A DNA stretch of 10,585 nucleotides from contig JBBQFH010000057.1 in assembly GCA_038321865.1 (NCBI GenBank), forward strand, positions 1 through 10,585, read 5' to 3'. Positions 4,960 through 10,585 of the stretch are shown here, in pieces; position 1 is the stretch's first letter; every line of letters starts with the position of its first letter. The notes under the pieces are model-generated. The model did not search any database. It saw only the letters and a program-made list of their open reading frames with translations, and had not been told where the DNA came from. Both the position numbers and the translations under genes were made by a program. This stretch comes from Gemmatimonadales bacterium. GTDB lineage: Bacteria; Gemmatimonadota; Gemmatimonadetes; Gemmatimonadales; GWC2-71-9.

Positions 4960-7713
4960 TCATTGCGCATCGAGCAGCTCCCGGAGCCGGGCGGTAAGGC
5001 TCAGCGGCGAGAACGGCTTCTGCAGAAACGGCACGCCACGCTGGTTAAGCCCGCGCCGGACGACATCGGAACCGGTGTAGCCGGACATGAACAGCACCGG
5101 GAGACCCGGCCGCTGCTCCTGCAGGCGCTCCGCAAGCTCGACCCCTCCGACACCGGGCATCACGACATCGGTCAACACGACGTCCACCACGAGACCGCCC
5201 TCCAGCATCTGCAGCGCTTCGCCGCCATCGGATGCCTCGACGACGCTGTACCCCGCCTCGGTAAGGACGCGCGCGGCCAGCGACCGCACGGCGGCCTCGT
5301 CTTCCACCACGAGCACTCGTTCGGTGCCGCCCGCCGCGGGGAGCGGCTGGGGCGTCGCGGGCTCGGCGGCGGCCGCGACCTCGGGAAGCCAGATGGTGAA
5401 CGAAGTCCCATGCTGCGGCTGGCTTTCGACCCAGAGGTAGCCGTCACTCTGCGACACGATTCCGTAGACCACCGACAGGCCGAGGCCGCTGTTCTGCGTC
5501 GGCGGCTTGGTGGTGAAGAAGGGCTCGAAGATTCGCGCTCTCGTCCCGGGCGCCATGCCCTCGCCCGTGTCCCTGACGACGAGCCGCACGTAGCGCCCGG
5601 CCGGCATGTCCATGCCGAACTGCCGGTACGCGGCGCCCTCGGCGAGCACCACCGAACGGGTCTCGATATACAGACGGCCGCCGCCGGTCATCGCATCACG
5701 GGCATTGAGCGCCAGGTTCATCACCACCTGCTCCAGGCGCCCGCGGTCGGCGCGCACCGCGCCCACCTCGGGCAGCGACGATTCCAGGGTGATGTCCTCT
5801 CCCAGAAGCGGGCGGAGCATCAGCTCCATGTCGCGGACGACGGCGTTCATGTCGACCAGCTGTGGGCGCACGAGCTGCTGCCGCCCGAACGCCAGCAGCT
5901 GGCGCGTCAGGGCCGCGGCGCGCTCCGCCGCCTTCCGGATCTCCTCGGCATCCCGACGGCGGGGATCGTCCTCGTCGATGTTATGGCACAGGAAGTCGGC
6001 AAAGCCGATGATGATCATCAGCATGTTGTTGAAGTCATGCGCGATGCCGCCGGCCAGCCGGCCCACCGCCTCCATCTTCTGAGCCTGGCGCACCTGCTCC
6101 TCGGCCCGGCGCCGCTCCCGGAGATCCTGCACGTTGGCGGCATAGTAGAGGAGGACACCGTCGTCGTCGCGGATGGCGGCCAGGTCGACCAGCACGGCCA
6201 GCTCGCGCCCCTCGCGGTCCACATGACGGGACTCGAAGACCCGGCGGCCCTCTTCCCGCACGACGGCGATCCGCTCCGCGAAGTCGATCGCATCGGGTGC
6301 GGCAAGCAGCATCGCGGGCGACTGTCCGAGCAGATCGGCCGGTTCGTACCCGTGCATCCGGGCGAACGCGGGATTCACCGCTTCGAAGGTGGTTCCGTCC
6401 GCGCTCACGATCACCACGCCCCACCCGGCGTGCTCGAAGATGTGCGCCCACTTGCGCAGGTCGGCCTCGGCCTGCGCGCGCTGGGCCAGCTCCGACTGCG
6501 CCGCGCGGTAAAGCCGGGCATTGACGACCGCGAGGCCAGCCCGCCCCGCGAGATCGCGGGCGAACGACAGATCGTCCTGGCTGTAGCGGCGGCCTGATTC
6601 GGCGAAGCAGAAGGTGATCGCGCCGAGCGTCCGGCCGTGGGCGGCCATCGGGACGCTGATGAGCGATCGCGGGCCCAGGTCGGTCAGGTAGGCCAGATGA
6701 TCGGCGTCCCGCGCGATGACGGCGAGCTCGGCGGTCGTCATTTCGGGGATGAAGGTCAGCTCACCGGTCGCGAGGGCGCGGGAGATCGGATGTCCGCCCC
6801 ACTCGGTCTGGGGTGCGTGACTCAGCGACACCGCACGCAGACGCGCCTCCTTCTCGGGCACCGCGTGCGCGAACTCGACACGCTGCACTTCTCCCGCATC
6901 GTCGAGCAGATCGACCAGGCAATAGTCGGCCATGCCGGGGACCGCCATGCGCGCGACGGCGGCGAGTGTCGCGGCATAGTCCAGCGACGAGTTGAGCGCG
7001 ACGCTCGCGCCCGCCAGCGCGCGTTGCGCCTGCTCCTGCCGCCGCAGGTCGGCATTGAGCCGGCGAATCTCGTCCTCGGCGGCCTTGCGAACGGTAATGT
7101 CCCGCGAGTACGACACGACGCCATCGGCCGTGGGCGAAATCCGGACCGCGAACCAGCGGTCGAATGGGCCGGGATTGATCTCGATTTCGATGGCCCGCTG
7201 CTCCTCAACAGCCCGGAGCGCCCCCCGGTGCACGTCCGTCCCGGCGAGAAACGGCAGCGTCTTCCAGAGCACCTGCCCGATCAGGTCGTGCCGCTCGAGG
7301 CCGAGCACCTGGAGATATGGCTCGGCCCGGGCATTCACGAACGTGACCCGCCAATCCTGATCGCACGCGAGAAAAACCTCACGAATGCTGTCGAGGATGG
7401 CGGACTGGTCGGAGCCAACCGATGCGGGGCGCGTCGACATCGGCGTCGCGATCGCCGTCAGACCATCGTCCGCCGGGTAGAGCCGGACCTCGACGGCTGA
7501 CCGATGGGACGTCGCGGGCAGGACCACGGTGGCCGGCCGGCGGCGGCGGCGCGCCAGCTCGATCGCGTGGGGCAGGATGGCCTCCACGGCCGGCTCCGCC
7601 AGCAGGCGGCGGGCGGCTTCGTTGGCACCGGTGACGACGCCGGCCGCATCAAGGGTGAAAACCGGATCGGTGATCCGCGTGACGGCGTCATCGAGCGGCT
7701 CGAGTTCCGGCAT
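4960..7713 (-). CDS. Soluble hybrid sensor histidine kinase/response regulator (PAS, PAS, GAF, PAS, HisKA, HATPase, REC; CckA-like transmitter)
   Basis: PAS starts PVFTLDAAGVVTGANEAA, VFLACDQDWRVTFVNARA and GVVIVSADGTTFEAVNPAF; GAF (LDYAATLAAVARMAVPGMADYC...SLISVPM); H-box GRLAGGIAHDFNN; NLALNARDAM; DTGEGM; IFEPFFTTK; REC VVEDE, LTDVVMP, FMSGY, KPF. No TM segment. TGATG overlap with the upstream gene. Confidence 0.93.
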   Translation of the reverse strand: MPELEPLDDAVTRITDPVFTLDAAGVVTGANEAARRLLAEPAVEAILPHAIELARRRRRPATVVLPATSHRSAVEVRLYPADDGLTAIATPMSTRPASVGSDQSAILDSIREVFLACDQDWRVTFVNARAEPYLQVLGLERHDLIGQVLWKTLPFLAGTDVHRGALRAVEEQRAIEIEINPGPFDRWFAVRISPTADGVVSYSRDITVRKAAEDEIRRLNADLRRQEQAQRALAGASVALNSSLDYAATLAAVARMAVPGMADYCLVDLLDDAGEVQRVEFAHAVPEKEARLRAVSLSHAPQTEWGGHPISRALATGELTFIPEMTTAELAVIARDADHLAYLTDLGPRSLISVPMAAHGRTLGAITFCFAESGRRYSQDDLSFARDLAGRAGLAVVNARLYRAAQSELAQRAQAEADLRKWAHIFEHAGWGVVIVSADGTTFEAVNPAFARMHGYEPADLLGQSPAMLLAAPDAIDFAERIAVVREEGRRVFESRHVDREGRELAVLVDLAAIRDDDGVLLYYAANVQDLRERRRAEEQVRQAQKMEAVGRLAGGIAHDFNNMLMIIIGFADFLCHNIDEDDPRRRDAEEIRKAAERAAALTRQLLAFGRQQLVRPQLVDMNAVVRDMELMLRPLLGEDITLESSLPEVGAVRADRGRLEQVVMNLALNARDAMTGGGRLYIETRSVVLAEGAAYRQFGMDMPAGRYVRLVVRDTGEGMAPGTRARIFEPFFTTKPPTQNSGLGLSVVYGIVSQSDGYLWVESQPQHGTSFTIWLPEVAAAAEPATPQPLPAAGGTERVLVVEDEAAVRSLAARVLTEAGYSVVEASDGGEALQMLEGGLVVDVVLTDVVMPGVGGVELAERLQEQRPGLPVLFMSGYTGSDVVRRGLNQRGVPFLQKPFSPLSLTARLRELLDAQ

Positions 7714-9986
7714 CAGCGGATGCCCACGCGACCGCTGTCGCCGGCGGTGAGCCCGTACAGCGCGCGATACATCTGCTGGTTCCGCTGGATGATGCGCACG
7801 TAGTCACGGGTTTCGCGGAAGGGGATCCGCTCGGCGAAGAGCTCCTCGTCATCCATGCCGACCTTCGCCGACCAGGACTCGACCCGCGTGGTGCCCGCGT
7901 TGTAGGCCGCGAGCACCCGCACCGGCTGGGGATAGCGACGGACCAGCTCCGCCAGATGGCGCGTGCCAAGATCGAGGTTCACGTCGGGCTGATACAGCAG
8001 CACCGGATCCCAGAGCGGGTAGCCGGCAGCGGCAGCGAGCGCCCGTCCCACGGCCGGCATCACCTGCATCAGGCCGCGCGCCCCCGCAGGAGATGTCGCA
8101 GCCGGGCTGAAGATGGACTCCTGCCGGATGAGCGCGGCGACGAAGGAGGGATCGAGCCGTTCGTCGCGGGCATACGCCTCGAGCGGCGCACGGGATGTCA
8201 GCGGAAACAGAATGCGGAATGTGCGAGCATCGCGAAGCGCGCCGCGCGCGAGGGCGCGCCAGCCGAGCTGAACCGCGCGCGACGCCAGCCCGTGGTCCCG
8301 AAAGGCCGCGGCGGTGGCCAGCAGCCGATCAACCGAACTGTCCGCCAGCCGGGCGAGACGGTCCTGCTCCCAACGGGCCTCTCGATCCAGGCCGAGCCGT
8401 CCGAGAACCTCGACGCGCGCCAGCGCACTGCCGAGATCGGCGAACCGCGCGAAGGAATCGATCGCGGCCGGGGGAACCCATTCCGGGCGCCCCAGTCGCT
8501 GGGACGCGGCCGCGGCGTAATACGAGAGCGGATCCCGCGCCGCGACGTCTTCCCATCTCGCACGCGCCCCGCTGGTGTCACCGGCGGCCGCAAGGGCACG
8601 CGCGGCCCAATAGCGCGCCGCGCCGGCATCTGCGTCCCCCGGGTAGCGACGCGCCAGACTGTCGAGCTCGCGCGCCGCGACCTGCATCTGCCCCGCGGCA
8701 AACGCGATGATCCCTGCCCGAAAGAGCGCCGCCGGAGCGTAGCGATGCCGAGGGTAGCGGTGCGCGAGCGACAAGAGCGCTTCGCGTGCGTCCGCATCAC
8801 GCCGGTCATCGGTCGCCAGGTCGGCCAGCAGCAGCAGCGCCGGCGCGGCCGCATCGGCAAAGGCGCCCTGCGTTCGGACCAGTGCACGGAGCGCGGAGCG
8901 CGCCTCGGTCGTCTGTCCGGCGCGCACCAGGGCGCGGGCGCGGCCGTATGCGGCGTTGGCGGCGAGCGCGGGAGGCGTGCGCACCAGATTGAACTGGAAT
9001 GCGGCATCGGCGTAGCGATCGAGATCGAACAGAGCGGTCGCATAGGCAAAGCGGTCCTGCGGGGCGCCCTTCCCCGCGGCGAGTGCGGGCGCGAGCCTGG
9101 CCGCGGCCCTCGCGGCTGGACCGGACAGCGCGAAGCTCCGCCCCACGACCAGCTCCTCGTCGGCGGTCAGCGGCGCGAACGAATCGAGCACACCGGCCGC
9201 GCTCCGGGCGTCGGCGCTGCCCGACCGCGCCTCGATGAAGGCTTTCAGTTCGCTCCGGAGCACCGTGCGCATCGAGTCCGACGAATCGGCGGCGTAGCGG
9301 AGCCGGAACGCATCGCCCGGCGAGCCGAGTGCGGCAAAGGCGCTGGCGGCTCCGCGAAGGTCACCGGCCCGCTCCCGCGCCTGCGCGCTGGCCAGCGGCA
9401 GACGTTCACGGGCCACGGGCAGCCCCACTGCGGCGGCGAGCCGCTCCCGCGCCGCGCTGTCGTCGGTCACGGCCACCGCCCGGAAGGCCAGCCAGGCGGC
9501 GACGGCCGGCAGGACGGTCGCGGCGGCGGCGTACACGCGCGCGGCGCTGTCGCGCTGTTCGAGGCGGTCGAAGGCGCGCGCCAGCAGGACCAGGCGGACA
9601 CCGCGAGTGGCGGGAGTGGCGGTGGCGAGGCCGAGGCGGGCGTCGCGAAGCGCGGCGGAGTCCGCCTGGCGGGCAAGGGCGGCGCGCGTCAGCAATTCTC
9701 GCCCACGCCCGCCATCCGCGTCGACCCAGGGGGCGTCGGCGAGGAGCCGCTCGACTTGCGTCCAGCCGCCCCACGCGCCCGCCGCCTCGGCGGCGAGCAG
9801 CACGACGGCAGGCGTCCGGCGCACGGAGTCTCGGAGCAGCGGCGCGAGCAGGCGGCTGGCGCGCCATGGCTGGCCCGCCGCGAGTGCCGAAGCGGCGGTC
9901 CTGGCCACGGAGTCGCCAGAAGCCGGCAGGGGCCGCGGCTCCTGGGCTGTGAGAAGAGCGAAGCTGAGCGAGAGGAGCGTGATCAC
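7713..9986 (-). CDS. slt: Slt70-like soluble lytic transglycosylase with TPR-like helical repeats and an N-terminal signal peptide
   Basis: C-terminal SLT motifs ALIRQES (catalytic Glu), SPAGARGLMQVMP, AAYNAG and IPFRETRDYV. Ala-rich helical repeats upstream (YP...AP.AL.RAG, A.YW.AR). Hydrophobic N-terminus MITLLSLSFALLTA. GTG start with no clear SD. Confidence 0.88.
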   Translation of the reverse strand: MITLLSLSFALLTAQEPRPLPASGDSVARTAASALAAGQPWRASRLLAPLLRDSVRRTPAVVLLAAEAAGAWGGWTQVERLLADAPWVDADGGRGRELLTRAALARQADSAALRDARLGLATATPATRGVRLVLLARAFDRLEQRDSAARVYAAAATVLPAVAAWLAFRAVAVTDDSAARERLAAAVGLPVARERLPLASAQARERAGDLRGAASAFAALGSPGDAFRLRYAADSSDSMRTVLRSELKAFIEARSGSADARSAAGVLDSFAPLTADEELVVGRSFALSGPAARAAARLAPALAAGKGAPQDRFAYATALFDLDRYADAAFQFNLVRTPPALAANAAYGRARALVRAGQTTEARSALRALVRTQGAFADAAAPALLLLADLATDDRRDADAREALLSLAHRYPRHRYAPAALFRAGIIAFAAGQMQVAARELDSLARRYPGDADAGAARYWAARALAAAGDTSGARARWEDVAARDPLSYYAAAASQRLGRPEWVPPAAIDSFARFADLGSALARVEVLGRLGLDREARWEQDRLARLADSSVDRLLATAAAFRDHGLASRAVQLGWRALARGALRDARTFRILFPLTSRAPLEAYARDERLDPSFVAALIRQESIFSPAATSPAGARGLMQVMPAVGRALAAAAGYPLWDPVLLYQPDVNLDLGTRHLAELVRRYPQPVRVLAAYNAGTTRVESWSAKVGMDDEELFAERIPFRETRDYVRIIQRNQQMYRALYGLTAGDSGRVGIR

Positions 9987-10012
9987 GGAGGGGTCCGCGT
10001 ATACCTTGAGGT

Positions 10013-10429
10013 ATGGGACGACATGACGAGGATCCGGCCGAAGACGGCGGCGGCGAACGTATCCGGCTCGACAAGTGGCTGTGGGCCGCCCGGTTCTTCA
10101 AGACCCGTGCACTCGCGGCCGACGCCGTCGAGGGCGGCAAGATCGAGCTCAACGGTGATCGGGCCAAGCGTGCCAAGCCGGTCCAGCCGGGCGACCTGAT
10201 CCGCATCCGGCTCGGTCCGTACGAACACCATGTCGTAGTGCGGGCGGTGGCGGGCCGGCGCGGCCCGGCGAGCGAGGCCGCCGGCCTGTACGCCGAGACC
10301 CCGGAGAGCCGGGAGGCCCGCGACCGCCTGGCGCTTCAGCTGAAGACCGTCGCGCCCCTCTTCCACCCGGACAAGGGCCGCCCGTCGAAGAAGGATCGCC
10401 GCGATCTCGACCGGTTGAAGGGGCGCTAG
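10013..10429 (+). CDS. hslR: Ribosome-associated heat shock protein Hsp15 (S4 RNA-binding domain)
   Basis: RLDKWLWAARFFKTRALA...GGKIELNG...KPVQPGD S4 motif; RRGPASEAAGLYAET; C-terminal GRPSKKDRR. Confidence 0.95.
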   Translation: MGRHDEDPAEDGGGERIRLDKWLWAARFFKTRALAADAVEGGKIELNGDRAKRAKPVQPGDLIRIRLGPYEHHVVVRAVAGRRGPASEAAGLYAETPESREARDRLALQLKTVAPLFHPDKGRPSKKDRRDLDRLKGR

Positions 10430-10432
10430 CTC

Positions 10433-10585
10433 CTACATGTTGCCGATCATGGCGTCGGCAAACTCGCTGGTCCTGAGCAGCGTCGCGCCGTCCATCAGGC
10501 GCTCGAAATCGTAGGTCACCCGTTTCTGGCCGATGGTTCGCTCGAGGGAGCTCACGATCAGGTCCGCCGCCTCGTTCCAGCCCAG
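10433..10585 (-). CDS. icd: Isocitrate dehydrogenase (E. coli-type dimeric family), C-terminal 50 aa
   Basis: Manual translation [50 protein letters not shown], matching the characteristic Icd C-terminus (GW.EAADLI...[17 protein letters not shown]). Not in the ORF track because it is 5' truncated. Confidence 0.95.
   Translation of the reverse strand: MGWNEAADLIVSSLERTIGQKRVTYDFERLMDGATLLRTSEFADAMIGNM

Noticed and set aside
7956..10199. 747-aa plus-strand ORF, and similar long ORFs at 774-1928, 1929-3140, 2606-4129, 4963-6597 and 6637-7500
   Set aside because: Antisense or alternate-frame shadows of motif-supported genes. Stop codons are rare at this GC content and the translations have no recognisable motifs.
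10433..10585. icd 3' end as a prophage attachment site (as for e14 and phage 21 in E. coli)
   Set aside because: No integrase, no duplicated icd 3' fragment and no obvious compositional shift. The neighbour is housekeeping hslR.
1..10585. CRISPR arrays, tRNA/rRNA genes, IS elements, tandem repeats
   Set aside because: None seen by eye. Nearly all sequence is explained by CDSs and the gaps are short. An Infernal/Rfam scan of 196-506 would be the definitive ncRNA check.

Overview
High-GC, gene-dense bacterial core-chromosome window; a Gemmatimonadota-like origin is my impression only and was not tested. Left part (minus strand): a type IVa pilus regulatory module pilS-pilR-pilA. The pilin is cut by the window edge, absent from the ORF track, and preceded by a near-consensus sigma54 -24/-12 promoter. 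Divergent from pilS is the most unusual gene: a single ORF fusing an apparently intact UPF0213/YhbQ-type GIY-YIG nuclease domain to a full DUF2461 (TIGR02453) domain. Right part (minus strand): a TPR-containing Slt-type lytic transglycosylase translationally coupled to a soluble PAS-PAS-GAF-PAS hybrid histidine kinase, followed by a small candidate lipoprotein. Then hslR (Hsp15) on the plus strand and the 3' end of icd on the minus strand. No RNA genes, mobile elements or CRISPR arrays are visible. Family assignments are from motif recognition by eye; no database searches were run.
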